19,633 bases of DNA from the NCBI GenBank assembly GCA_037447435.1, contig JBBIGR010000064.1, positions 1 through 19,633 on the forward strand. Direction: 5' to 3'. Shown piece after piece: positions 1 to 9,595 of the stretch (positions are counted from its first letter, which is position 1; each line of letters begins with the position of its first letter). A model generated the notes under the pieces. The model did not search any database and was not told where the DNA came from. It saw nothing but the letters and a program-made list of their open reading frames with translations. The translations under genes and the position numbers were made by a program. The DNA comes from Fibrobacteria bacterium. Lineage in GTDB: Bacteria; Fibrobacterota; Chitinivibrionia; Chitinivibrionales; FEN-1185.

Positions 1-662
1 TTGTCACCTCCGGTGTCCTTGATGATTTTCGCGATTCTAAGGGCGTACGCGCCCAGCTTATACAGACCGTACGGTTGTTCATACCAGGCTTCGACGCGTG
101 CGCGAGCCATGCACAGCTGATAACTTACCAATGCGGCGTCCATAGAGCGGGGTCTTATGAAATAGTTTTTTACATCCGATACCGTTTTCAAAATCGCCTT
201 ACGTTCGCCGATTTTTTCCTGAAGCGTCATAATAACGTTGCCGGGAAGTTGCGATTTTTCATCGGCTCTTGTCCAGTCCTTTTTATCCGGCGAGGCGAAT
301 AGACAGCGCGGACATACTGTTGCCGCGATAAGCGTATAGTCGACCGTTTTGTACTCGCCGGTACCTTCGTACAAGGGAACTAAAAATTTGTTTTTTGTTA
401 TTTGCTGGCTTTTTGCCCGCAATTCGTAGCACACGATGTCTTCCATGCCGCAAACCGGGCAATGTACCTTGATTTCGAAAATAGGATCTTGTCCGCTTGT
501 TTCAACCGCAATGGCACTGCTTTTTGCTCGGGCATCTTTAATGGCTTTGATATACTTTATGTCAAGGTTCGGTCCGTACTGACGAAGATATTCGTTTACG
601 AGATTGGCATCGTTCAATAAGGAAAGAAGGCGCCGTTTTACTTCAGCAACATCTATGGCCAT
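1..662 (-). CDS. DUF2225-like protein with two CxxC motifs (3' end runs off the window)
   Basis: Manual translation from ATG at 662 (SD AAAGGA upstream) stays open to base 3: MAIDVAEVKRRLLSLLNDANLVNEYLRQYGP...EIKVHCPVCGMED...VDYTLIAATVCPRCLFASP... The CPVC and VCPxCxFA motifs resemble DUF2225. It is absent from the ORF track because the stop lies outside the window. Confidence 0.8.
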   Translation of the reverse strand, partial: MAIDVAEVKRRLLSLLNDANLVNEYLRQYGPNLDIKYIKAIKDARAKSSAIAVETSGQDPIFEIKVHCPVCGMEDIVCYELRAKSQQITKNKFLVPLYEGTGEYKTVDYTLIAATVCPRCLFASPDKKDWTRADEKSQLPGNVIMTLQEKIGERKAILKTVSDVKNYFIRPRSMDAALVSYQLCMARARVEAWYEQPYGLYKLGAYALRIAKIIKDTGGD

Positions 663-736
663 GACGGGTTCCTTTGATAAATCTGGTTGGGCCGTACTTA
701 TTATCCTATGTTTTTAAAGACGTGTCAATTATAGAA

Positions 737-2500
737 TTAACGGACCCACGTATTGATCTTTTCATAAAGCGATTTCATTTCAATAGGTTTTGTCAGGAAA
801 TCATTCATTCCAAGCGACCTGCATTTTTCCTCGTCTTCCTTAAAAACGCGTGCCGTAAGCGCTATAATGGGGACCGTTACTTTCATTTCATTTCGTATGA
901 TCTTGGTGGCTTCATACCCATCCATTTTCGGCATTTGAATATCCATAAGCACAATATCGTATTTGTTATTTTTTAATTTCATTATCGCTTCGCGTCCGTC
1001 ATTGGCAAAATCGAAAATATTTCCCATTTGTCTAATAATGACGCCCATAAGTTTCTGGTTTACCGCATTGTCCTCTACAACCAGAACCGATATTCCCCGA
1101 GCGGCAGAATCGTTTGACTTCTGTTTTACCGAAAGGGAAAGTTCTTTTACTTTTGCGGTTTCAATGACGTCGACCATGATCCGGCAAAATTCGTTTCGCG
1201 TAAACGGTTTCGAAAGAACCGCATCAAATCTGGAGGTGCCGGAATTGTCCGAAATACCGGTCACGATATCGGATGTCAAAGCAATCCGTTTAATTACCTT
1301 AAACCGCTCCTTTGTTTCAAGCTCCGCGGCAAACGCATAACCGTCCAATCCGGGCATTAAAATATCGCAAACAATAATTTCCGGAAGTGTATCCGACGTT
1401 GTAAGCCAGGTCAATGCTTCTTGTGCGGATAATGCCGTGTGCAACACCTGCATACCCAAATCGAAGCAATAATTCCGGATTATATCCGTCGAGTGAATGT
1501 TGTCATCAACAACCAAGACTCTTTTTCCATACGTTTTTTTTGCCCCGAATTCGTTCTGTTCCATTTCGGAAGGAGGCGGAGCAAGTTGCAGCGGAAGAGC
1601 AACGATGAATTCCGAAAACGAACCGGGTTCCGATACGACGCCAACCGTTCCTCCCATAATGGTGACAAGCGATTTTGTGATGGTAAGGCCCAGGCCGGTT
1701 CCGCCGAATTTCCGAGTGATGGTGGAATCCACTTGTGTAAAGGCTTCGAATATCGCTTCTTGTTTGTCTTTTGGAATTCCAATGCCGGTATCCTTAACCG
1801 ACATCCTTACAAAAAAATGTTTTTCCGAATCGCTGCGGCCCGTGTCTTTGTCCACGCGAATAGTGATGTCACCTTTTTCAGTGAATTTTATGGCATTGCC
1901 GACAAGGTTGATGAAAATTTGCCTGATACGAGTCGGGTCACCTTTGAAAAATCTTGGGACCTCGGCCGAATACATGAGGTTCAAATCGACAGGTTTGTTT
2001 CCGATTTTCTGATGAAGAATTTTCAGGACATTTCCGATGATGACTTCGAGATTGAATTCAACATTTTCTAATTCGATTTTCCTTGATTCGATCTTAGTCA
2101 TATCGAGGATATCGTTGATAAGCGCAATGAGCAATTCGCCGCCCCGGCAAATGGTCTCAACATATTCGGCTTGGTTTTCAGTAAGATCGGTTTCCTTTAA
2201 AAGTTCGGCAAACCCGATGACCGCATTCATGGGTGTCCGAATCTCGTGAGACATATTGGCCAGAAATTCGGATTTTGCCTGATTGGCGGCGTCGGCTTGT
2301 TCTTTTGCGATTGTCAGTTCTTTTGTCCGTTCCTCTACTTTCTGCTCCAAGTTTCTACTATATTCTTCAACCAATTCTCTTGATCGTATCAACTCGGTTT
2401 GCGTTCTCCTCAATTTTATTTCTGTCCGGACAAGCAATTTAACCTGTTCTTCCAATTCCGCGAGATTGGCTTCGAGTAGCTTAATTTTTTCGTTTTCCAT
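737..2500 (-). CDS. Cytoplasmic hybrid histidine kinase (coiled coil-HisKA-HATPase-REC-REC) with no sensor domain
   Basis: H-box [15 protein letters not shown]-box [11 protein letters not shown]1 DTGIGI, G2 GGTGLGL. Two receiver domains (VLVVDD...[10 protein letters not shown] and VLVVED...[10 protein letters not shown]). No TM segment or PAS domain. Confidence 0.95.
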   Translation of the reverse strand: MENEKIKLLEANLAELEEQVKLLVRTEIKLRRTQTELIRSRELVEEYSRNLEQKVEERTKELTIAKEQADAANQAKSEFLANMSHEIRTPMNAVIGFAELLKETDLTENQAEYVETICRGGELLIALINDILDMTKIESRKIELENVEFNLEVIIGNVLKILHQKIGNKPVDLNLMYSAEVPRFFKGDPTRIRQIFINLVGNAIKFTEKGDITIRVDKDTGRSDSEKHFFVRMSVKDTGIGIPKDKQEAIFEAFTQVDSTITRKFGGTGLGLTITKSLVTIMGGTVGVVSEPGSFSEFIVALPLQLAPPPSEMEQNEFGAKKTYGKRVLVVDDNIHSTDIIRNYCFDLGMQVLHTALSAQEALTWLTTSDTLPEIIVCDILMPGLDGYAFAAELETKERFKVIKRIALTSDIVTGISDNSGTSRFDAVLSKPFTRNEFCRIMVDVIETAKVKELSLSVKQKSNDSAARGISVLVVEDNAVNQKLMGVIIRQMGNIFDFANDGREAIMKLKNNKYDIVLMDIQMPKMDGYEATKIIRNEMKVTVPIIALTARVFKEDEEKCRSLGMNDFLTKPIEMKSLYEKINTWVR

Positions 2501-2521
2501 GAAATCCGTTTGCTCAAAATA

Positions 2522-3736
2522 TTAGTAAATTACACAGAGCACCGCAGTGCAGGTATGCGGATAATTTCTTCCCCCTATCGGAGCGATTTCTCCATAGGTA
2601 TAAAACCCCAGCCAGGGGACGTTTTTGCCGAAAACGTCCTGCATGACGTCTATACCTTTCTCCTTTGCCTCTTCCCCGAAAACCATTTTCCCCCTTGCAG
2701 CGCAATCAAAATGCAGGACCGCAATCGGATCCTTGGTCCCCAGCTTGTTTTTTATTCGCTGCGCAAGGTTTTTTGCGCCGAGCGCAATCTTTTCCGGGTC
2801 CCTGCGCGTTATGCGCACATTTGTTCCGCTGGGAATTTCCGTTGAAAAAGATAATGCACCGTCCGGGTCCTTAACCAAAGGAATCCAAATAATGTATTTG
2901 TCATATTCGGTTTCCAATTCTTTGGGGAGCTTTTCTCCAAGGCCCAAAGAGGCGGCAATTTCCGGAGTAAATTCCTTCAAATCATCATCCAAATACGGAA
3001 TGAAAAAATCCCATGCCGGTTTGCCGTCGATTTCGTAAATCTTGTTGTTTATCGATTTTGTGACTGTTTTATCAAGTCCTATAGGCAAACATCCATGGCT
3101 TACTCCAATATGTATATTGGCATTTCCCGAAAGCAATACATATGAAACGCTGTCAATCAATACCCGATCGTTGAAATATTGATAGGTTTGCGTATAGGTC
3201 AGGTTATCGGCCGCAGCCCCGCCTATGAATAAAACGGGCGTATCGAGGCTCTTATCGATCCCTCTAAACAATGCCTTTGTGTTAACGGTTAACCCGTCAG
3301 GAAACAACATAAGGGCAAATGGGTTTATTGCATGGATTGAATTCAGTTCTTTTCCGATGTCTTCTCCGGCTTTTTGGGAGTCTGCTTTTAGGTCTTTACA
3401 AAAATAGTTATGAAATTTAATTTGGTCCGAAGAAAAGACCATGACGCCGGCTATACATTGCCCTTTCATAAGACCGTTTTGCGTAAAGGTCCCTTCACCG
3501 ACCGGTCCGTTTTGGGTTATAATCCCTTCCCCCGAACAACCGCTTAATGGTGCATTTCCCGTTATCGACCGAACGCCTTTCAATAATTCGGAATGATTAT
3601 ACTCGGCCGAGGCAAAGAGCAGGACGAAATCACACGACGGTATTCCCGCATTTGCAAATGCGGCTTTTGCGGCTTCGACTCCGGCCTCAAACGAATTTTC
3701 CGATTTACTTTCTCCAACCCCGACTTTTGTTGACAT
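2522..3736 (-). CDS. FIST-domain (FIST_N + FIST_C) signal transduction protein, NosP-like
   Basis: Motifs GCSGEG, FPDG, GGAAAD, GVSHGC.P.G, VTKS..N.IYEIDGKPA, FDCAARG, GFYTYGEIAP are typical of FIST proteins. SD GGAGGA upstream. The stop is 21 nt from the kinase start. Confidence 0.92.
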   Translation of the reverse strand: MSTKVGVGESKSENSFEAGVEAAKAAFANAGIPSCDFVLLFASAEYNHSELLKGVRSITGNAPLSGCSGEGIITQNGPVGEGTFTQNGLMKGQCIAGVMVFSSDQIKFHNYFCKDLKADSQKAGEDIGKELNSIHAINPFALMLFPDGLTVNTKALFRGIDKSLDTPVLFIGGAAADNLTYTQTYQYFNDRVLIDSVSYVLLSGNANIHIGVSHGCLPIGLDKTVTKSINNKIYEIDGKPAWDFFIPYLDDDLKEFTPEIAASLGLGEKLPKELETEYDKYIIWIPLVKDPDGALSFSTEIPSGTNVRITRRDPEKIALGAKNLAQRIKNKLGTKDPIAVLHFDCAARGKMVFGEEAKEKGIDVMQDVFGKNVPWLGFYTYGEIAPIGGRNYPHTCTAVLCVIY

Positions 3737-3875
3737 TATATCCTCCGGTTTTTATGCAAAAAACGTTTTGGGCAGTAAAATACTCATCAGGTAAGTATCG
3801 ACTCGGGAATAGTATCGTGTCTGTCGGCCGACAATCAATTATGCATGCAACAGATGGTAAAAAACATCCATGAAG

Positions 3876-3905
3876 ATTATATCAATTCGCGTTGGAAAAA
3901 ATCAA
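3876..3905 (-). promoter_or_regulatory. Putative sigma70-type promoter for the FIST-kinase operon
   Basis: On the minus strand: TTGATT (3905-3900), 18-nt spacer, TATAAT (3881-3876). The -10 is preceded by TGn (TGATATAAT, extended -10). Confidence 0.6.
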
Positions 3906-3920
3906 TAAATTTTTCCAACG
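3890..3920. repeat. Perfect 11-bp inverted repeat, possible operator
   Basis: CGTTGGAAAAA-ATCAATAAA-TTTTTCCAACG, overlapping the predicted -35 element. Confidence 0.65.
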
Positions 3921-4078
3921 GATAGGTCGGAACAAGTCCTGTTATTGTGCCGAATACATGGACCATTTTCCTCTCTACAAACAAAGAGAAGGAATATTGT
4001 CGTGGTGGCATCATGTAAGCATCGACGTTATCTCAAAAAGATGGGGGAATGTAGCATACTGCGAGTCGTAATTCGCTC

Positions 4079-4459
4079 TTACCGTTTTTTCTTTGCCTTT
4101 ACCGCCGAGTTTTCTGCAATCCTGAATTTTACGATTTTTTTTATTAAAGCAATAGGTAAGGGCTTGTTGATTGGGAATTGGACGGTTCCTTTCGAACATT
4201 TGTAACCGGATAATTCCTCTTTGAACGCCTCTATTGCGCTTGTCTTAGGGTAAAAACCGATATGGTTCTTATAGGCCGCATACCATACCAAGATTCCGTT
4301 TTGGAAAAATGCAGGCATTTGATAACTGATTTTTTCTTCAGAATCCGGCGCGGCCTGTTTGATCGCTTTTCGCATGCTGCCGAGAACGGTTTGCACATCT
4401 TTGGGAAAGCCTGCTATATATTCATCTGTCGTTTTAAAAACAATTTTATTCCGTTCCAC
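4079..4459 (-). CDS. DUF1801 / YdhG-like protein
   Basis: T.DEYIA.FP...EEKISYQMPAF...YAAYKNHIGFYP...SKGTVQFP..KPLP..LIKKIV.FR is the typical family pattern. GTG start. Confidence 0.9.
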   Translation of the reverse strand: MERNKIVFKTTDEYIAGFPKDVQTVLGSMRKAIKQAAPDSEEKISYQMPAFFQNGILVWYAAYKNHIGFYPKTSAIEAFKEELSGYKCSKGTVQFPINKPLPIALIKKIVKFRIAENSAVKAKKKR

Positions 4460-4480
4460 GAAATACCTTGCCTATGAAGT

Positions 4481-4900
4481 TTAATGCCAAACCGCAAGAA
4501 CGCCGCCATAGAGCGCATAGCTAATTAAAAACAAACCGTTGTTGATGACCAGGACCAGCGGTTTTCTGCCTTCCCAAAGCGTATTAAGGCTATGGGTAAG
4601 GGCAAATCCTGCCCAAATTATCGCGCCGACGCCGATTCCTGCCGCAAAACTGGCGGCTTTCAAACTATGCACCATAACCATCATTGCGTACACAACGAGA
4701 AAAGACGCAATAATACCGTTAGCAAATAGCCAAGGCATCTTTTTTTTATCCTCGTCGGTCATGACTCTCTTCGGGTCAATTCCCAGCGCTTTCATCCATG
4801 GCTTTGCAAACAAAACCGGAGAATACCATATCCAACTGAAAACAAAATTGAAAAGAGACAAAACGACAAGCGGCACAACCGAAACGGTAAAGTCAACCAT
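4481..4900 (-). CDS. DUF1761 family membrane protein (about 4 TM)
   Basis: WYSP.LFAKPWM motif, four hydrophobic segments, and the C-terminal WEGRK..L..IN.G pattern. Overlaps the upstream gene by 8 nt. Confidence 0.85.
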   Translation of the reverse strand: MVDFTVSVVPLVVLSLFNFVFSWIWYSPVLFAKPWMKALGIDPKRVMTDEDKKKMPWLFANGIIASFLVVYAMMVMVHSLKAASFAAGIGVGAIIWAGFALTHSLNTLWEGRKPLVLVINNGLFLISYALYGGVLAVWH

Positions 4901-5345
4901 AAGCAGCTCCTCTCTCTTGTTGTTCCAAAAATAATTTCAAAGCCTTCAGCATAACATCCCAATTTTTTTTCGACGTATCGGCATCCAGTTCGTCCCGATT
5001 ATTATCTTGGGTCAAAGAAACCAGCGTTTGTTTTTTTTCGCCATATAATTCGATAGTGACGGTGTGATAATTTTCCGGCGTATCTTCTAATCCGGAAAGA
5101 GGGCTGTAATGATTGTATTGAATCATATGCCGCGGTTTGATTTGAAGTATGAACCCTTTATCCTCATATGGTTTTCCTTTCCATTCTCCTCTCCAAAGTA
5201 TCGAACTCCCTTTTTGCCAATCGCTTACGACACTTGTACCGAACATATATTGTTTTATAGCCTCCGGATTTATAAGTGCGTTCCATGCTTTATCGATATC
5301 CACATCTATTGAAATTGAGGCTTTTGCGGAATATTTTTTTTTCAC
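4893..5345 (-). CDS. SRPBCC/AHSA1-like (START-fold) protein
   Basis: SISID...KAWNALINPE.IKQYMFGT.V.SDW..GS.I.W.GEW.GK.YEDKG...QDNN......S..NW..ML..LK..LE. GTG at 5345 with an AAGGGG SD is a better start than the ORF-track start at 5432. Confidence 0.88.
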   Translation of the reverse strand: MKKKYSAKASISIDVDIDKAWNALINPEAIKQYMFGTSVVSDWQKGSSILWRGEWKGKPYEDKGFILQIKPRHMIQYNHYSPLSGLEDTPENYHTVTIELYGEKKQTLVSLTQDNNRDELDADTSKKNWDVMLKALKLFLEQQERGAAYG

Positions 5346-5580
5346 CGATAACCCCTTTCTCAAAATTACCGATTCAAATTCCCAAAATAAAAAAAACTTC
5401 GCAGATTCGGAAAACTGCCATTTGCAATACAATGGAAATCTTTACATTTTTCGATATCTCATTTCCCTTGTTATCTTTTCTGTATTATCCTAATCGCAAT
5501 ATTCATGCCGTATTTTGCATTCCTAAACGGTTTGGAAAACCTTGTGGAACGGAGGGCAACGATTGTACCGGTATCACGGT

Positions 5581-7467
5581 TTATAAATACTTGTTCAGCA
5601 TTTCCACCAATTCGTTTTTTTTAAATGGTTTACAAATACTTGCGGTAAACCCGTATTCGGCGGGATTTTTCATGACGGGGTCCTCGGCATATCCGCTTAC
5701 CACAAAAACGGGTACGTCCGTGTTCAGCGCCCGTATCAGCGCAACGGCTTCTTTTCCTCCCATGCCGCCCGGGACCGTGAGATCGAAAATCAAGCCCGAT
5801 ACGGTTCGTTTCGATGCCGATTCATTCTTATATGCGTCTACCGCATCACTGCCGGTATCTTTACAAATAACCGTGTATCCCACCGAAACAAGAAAGTCTC
5901 TGAGCGTTTCCCGCATAACTTCCTCATCGTCCATAATGATTATAGTACCGATTCCTTTATGGGGCTTCGCCGGTATGGATGCATCGAAAGATGCATATTG
6001 GGCGGTTGCGGGCAAAAAAACGTGAAAGGTGCTGCCCTTTCCCAATTCCGATTCGACGTCAATACACCCGCCATGCTTATTGATGATGGAATAACAGGTG
6101 GCGAGGCCGAGTCCGTGCCCTTTCGTCTTTGTCGTGAAAAAGGGGTCGAAAATCCGGGGCAGCAGTTCCTTCGGAATTCCGATGCCGAAATCCCGTATCG
6201 ATATCTTGACGTAATTGCCGTTCTGCAAGGCTGGATGTTCATTATCCCCAATCGTTACGTTGCGTGCATGCAATTCTATGGTTCCCCCGACGGGCATTGC
6301 TTGCTGCGCGTTAATGACGATGTTGTCTATGACCTGTCCGATTTGATTCTTGTCGAAATCGCAAGTCCAGAGGTCGTCGGAAACGGCAAATCGGCATGAG
6401 ACTCTGGCGCCGCTGAGGGCAAATTGCGCCGTTTCCATGATAAACGGGAAAAGGTTGCCGACTTGCTTGATCGGCGATCCGCCTTTTGCAAATGTCAACA
6501 ATTGCGCGGTTAATGCCCGTGCCCTGTCTATCGTCGCCAACGCCTTTGATAAATAAGAACAGGATTTTTTCTTGTCGAGTTCGTCATTAGCTAAATCGAT
6601 ATATCCGAAAATTCCTCCCATGAGGTTATTGAAATCATGTGCGATGCCGCCCGCAAGAATACCGAGCGATTCGAGTCTCTGCATATTTCTCAACGACTCT
6701 TCGCTCCGTCTGCGCTCGGAAATATCCAACGCAACCCCAACGATACCGGTAAAACCCCTGTTGCCGGTGGAAAACGGAACGCAAATATTCAAATACGACG
6801 ATCCGTTGACTTGCGATTCAAAGGACACTGTTTCCCCGGCAAGGGATCGGTGAATCGACTGAGTGATTTCCGGGAAGTCTTTGTAAATTTCAAACGCAGA
6901 CAAACCCACCACTTGATTTTGTTCCAACCCAAGTCCCTTAAGTCCCGCACCGATCGAAAGTTTGAATTTGCCGTCGCGGTCTATCATGTAGAAAATGAGC
7001 GGAAGATTTTCGAAAGCGGTCCTCATCAAGGCTTCGTTTTTCATCAATTCTTCTTCCGCGTGTTTGTAGACGGTTATATCTCTGAAACAGACTATCAGAT
7101 ATTCTTCCGCCGCCACATATCTGGCATTGATCTCGGCGTCGAAAAAACTGCCGTCCTTTCGATGATGCCGCGAGGTAAAATTGCCTTTTCCTTGCCTCAC
7201 AACGGTTTGAATGTTTGCCGCGGTGCCGGCATGCATTTCCGCGGTTTCCAAATCAAAAATACTCTTGTTGGTCAATTCATTTCCGGTGAAGCCGCTCATG
7301 GTGCAAAAAGCGTCGTTAACCTCTATTATTCTACCCTGTAAATCGATGATGCATATTCCGTCGATGACAGTCTGTAAAATCGCTTTCCGTTGCGACTCGG
7401 TTTTTTTGCACGCTTTTTCCAATTCGACAACCGAACGCCCGTTTCCGCTTGCGAGGTCATTATTCAT
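5581..7467 (-). CDS. Cytoplasmic PAS-PAS hybrid histidine kinase (HDFNN type) with C-terminal REC
   Basis: Two PAS/PAC domains, LAGGIAHDFNNL H-box, NIVINA, DFGIGI, FDPFFTTK..GHGLGL, and REC (IMDDE...FDLTVPGG...KPF). Confidence 0.95.
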   Translation of the reverse strand: MNNDLASGNGRSVVELEKACKKTESQRKAILQTVIDGICIIDLQGRIIEVNDAFCTMSGFTGNELTNKSIFDLETAEMHAGTAANIQTVVRQGKGNFTSRHHRKDGSFFDAEINARYVAAEEYLIVCFRDITVYKHAEEELMKNEALMRTAFENLPLIFYMIDRDGKFKLSIGAGLKGLGLEQNQVVGLSAFEIYKDFPEITQSIHRSLAGETVSFESQVNGSSYLNICVPFSTGNRGFTGIVGVALDISERRRSEESLRNMQRLESLGILAGGIAHDFNNLMGGIFGYIDLANDELDKKKSCSYLSKALATIDRARALTAQLLTFAKGGSPIKQVGNLFPFIMETAQFALSGARVSCRFAVSDDLWTCDFDKNQIGQVIDNIVINAQQAMPVGGTIELHARNVTIGDNEHPALQNGNYVKISIRDFGIGIPKELLPRIFDPFFTTKTKGHGLGLATCYSIINKHGGCIDVESELGKGSTFHVFLPATAQYASFDASIPAKPHKGIGTIIIMDDEEVMRETLRDFLVSVGYTVICKDTGSDAVDAYKNESASKRTVSGLIFDLTVPGGMGGKEAVALIRALNTDVPVFVVSGYAEDPVMKNPAEYGFTASICKPFKKNELVEMLNKYL

Positions 7468-7668
7468 GAATGGTCCTTACTGGTTGCAATGGTAAGTACG
7501 AACGTAAAATAAGGTTTTGCCCGAAACATGCGTAGAAAATTATATCTTTATTTTCCGAAGGTTTTAATCCCGATAATGGGAAGAGTGAATTTCCCAAATT
7601 GAGAAAAATTCCTAAATCGCCTGTTGCCGCGTTACGATTGTTTATACGCTTTAATGTCATATGTCTTG

Positions 7669-7677
7669 TGCTATAAT
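7669..7677 (+). promoter_or_regulatory. Putative extended -10 promoter for the mltC-like operon
   Basis: TG-C-TATAAT about 80 nt upstream of ATG 7758, in an AT-rich divergent intergenic region. The -35 is weak. Confidence 0.45.
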
Positions 7678-7757
7678 TCCAATGGCCTGCTATTTGCTTC
7701 TTTATACTAGCAATAATGAATTTGTTAATTCGTTTTCGCTAAGAATTGGAAAAGCCA

Positions 7758-8963
7758 ATGACATTTCAAATATTCAAGCCGTTGGCGATCGTTGCAATCA
7801 TCAGTGTGTGGCTACCGATAATAACGCTGGCCATACAGGACTCAAGCGAAAGTATTTCCAGCGTTCAATCGTCGTATCAAAATTATAAGAAACTTCGGCG
7901 CGCGGAATTTGAGAACTATTCAAATAATTCTCATAAAGACTTTGAAGCCTGGAAAAAAAATAAGGATAATGCGTTTGAATCGTATACCACTCAAATTGCC
8001 CGGGAATGGGGCGCCTATGTCGGATCGACAAATCAGACATGGGTCGAATATAGGGATAACGAACGATCGCGTTCCGTGGTTGATTTTAAGAAAGGCATTG
8101 TGACGGTCGAGGTACTTGTCGAAAAAGCCCGCGCATTGAAATCAAGCGTAACAACACAATTGGAAAAAGCGGTGCGGCGTACCGTGACGAGCAGGGGGGT
8201 TCCCCAAAAATCACTTGTGAGCGCAGCAGATACGACCGATGCCGTCCTGCCGACGCCCGTGCTTGCTAATCAAATAATCAATGCAAATGGCGCTATTGTA
8301 TCATCACAAAATGCCGATTCCTTTGCTAACCAAATCGTTACGGCCGCTTTGCTCCAAAAGGTTCCGGCAGGCGACAGTGTATCGGAAATCTATTCTCTTT
8401 CGTTTCCCCTCGTGCCCGATCATCTGGCCAAACGAATGGCGCCCTATTTACCTCTTGTCAAAAAGTATTGCGCGGTCTACGAACTCAATGTGGCGCAGGT
8501 ACTTGCGCTCATACACACCGAATCCTATTTCAATCCCCTGGCGCGTTCGACATCGAACGCGATCGGGCTCATGCAAATAATTCCTCAGCAAGGCGCTGCG
8601 GAAGCGTACCGGTTTATTTCCAATAATGCAACCGTGAAAGTGCCGGCATGGGAGTCGTTGTTCGATCCCGAAACGAATATTCGTCTTGGGTGCGCATATC
8701 TGTATGTGCTTAAAACACGTGATTTCGGAGAAGTGGTCGACAAGGATCGTACCATGTATTGTTCGATAGCAAGTTATAACGGAGGGCCGGCAAGCGTTGC
8801 TTTGGCATTTACCGGCGATAGCAAGATACCGCCCGCAATACGCAGTATCAATGCCATGAACGATGCCAATTCGGTATACCTTTTTCTTATCCGTAATCTC
8901 CCGGCGGCCGAAACAAGGCAGTATCTCGAGAATGTCGTCGCGCGGACGCGATTATATGAATAA
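7758..8963 (+). CDS. mltC: MltC-like lytic murein transglycosylase (DUF3393-like N-domain + SLT domain) with a signal peptide
   Basis: SLT motifs IHTESYFNP (catalytic Glu), AIGLMQI, ASYNGG and ETRQY. The N-terminal V.Y.....SRS.VDF.KG.VTVE resembles the MltC N-domain. The signal peptide is hydrophobic and has no Cys. ATG 7758 is preferred to TTG 7746. Confidence 0.85.
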   Translation: MTFQIFKPLAIVAIISVWLPIITLAIQDSSESISSVQSSYQNYKKLRRAEFENYSNNSHKDFEAWKKNKDNAFESYTTQIAREWGAYVGSTNQTWVEYRDNERSRSVVDFKKGIVTVEVLVEKARALKSSVTTQLEKAVRRTVTSRGVPQKSLVSAADTTDAVLPTPVLANQIINANGAIVSSQNADSFANQIVTAALLQKVPAGDSVSEIYSLSFPLVPDHLAKRMAPYLPLVKKYCAVYELNVAQVLALIHTESYFNPLARSTSNAIGLMQIIPQQGAAEAYRFISNNATVKVPAWESLFDPETNIRLGCAYLYVLKTRDFGEVVDKDRTMYCSIASYNGGPASVALAFTGDSKIPPAIRSINAMNDANSVYLFLIRNLPAAETRQYLENVVARTRLYE

Positions 8964-8994
8964 GTGATATATAAAAATTAAAAGGGAGGACAGT

Positions 8995-9549
8995 ATGAAA
9001 CGCATTCGTTCGGTTGGCATAGGAATTTTTGCCGTGTTTCTCCTCATCGTTTTGGGGTGCGGACCAAAGCCCATGAATACCGGGTATTCCGATTCGGTTC
9101 CCGATGAACTTCAACATCTCATTAAACAATTTTACAACGAAGGAATTTACGCCGTCGGAACTGCGACAGGGCCCAATGAATCGGTTGCCGAAAACAAAGC
9201 CACGATGTCTGCCCGGTCCGAAATAGCCAAACAATTCAAGGCGCAGATTGATGTGTTGCAGAAGCAATATGACGAAGAAGTCAACGACAAAACATCGGGT
9301 GAATATTCGCAAGTCACCGAAATTTTCGCGCAACTCGATATCGGCGGCAGTAAAGTGGTCAAAACACTTCTGCATCAGGAAAAAGGAAAAGACTATTCGG
9401 CCAAAGTTCTTGTGGTCGTTTCCGCCGAGCAGGTCAAAGATCTGTTCGAACAAAAACTAAGTTCTTATGCGTCATTTAAAGCTTCCAAGGCCTACAAAGA
9501 GCTTGAGGAGCGGGCGGCGCGGGAAAGAAAAAACCAGGATCACCTATAA
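8995..9549 (+). CDS. LPP20-like lipoprotein
   Basis: MKRIR + hydrophobic stretch + lipobox VLGC. The YAVGTA....A.NKA...AR.EIA.Q pattern matches LPP20-type domains. SD GGGAGG. Confidence 0.75.
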   Translation: MKRIRSVGIGIFAVFLLIVLGCGPKPMNTGYSDSVPDELQHLIKQFYNEGIYAVGTATGPNESVAENKATMSARSEIAKQFKAQIDVLQKQYDEEVNDKTSGEYSQVTEIFAQLDIGGSKVVKTLLHQEKGKDYSAKVLVVVSAEQVKDLFEQKLSSYASFKASKAYKELEERAARERKNQDHL

Positions 9550-9595
9550 GGCAACGGCCCCACAGTGATGTCCCGGTCTTTTGGGAGCTTTGCTT

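Noticed and set aside
75..620. Plus-strand ORFs 75..302 and 402..620
   Set aside because: They are antisense shadows of the minus-strand DUF2225-like gene.
4006..4021. TGGCAT-N5-AAGCA sigma54-like motif on the plus strand
   Set aside because: The -12 element is poor and no plus-strand gene lies downstream.
5346..5432. ORF-track N-terminal extension of the SRPBCC gene
   Set aside because: It lacks an SD and does not look like the family. GTG 5345 has an SD and matches the domain start.
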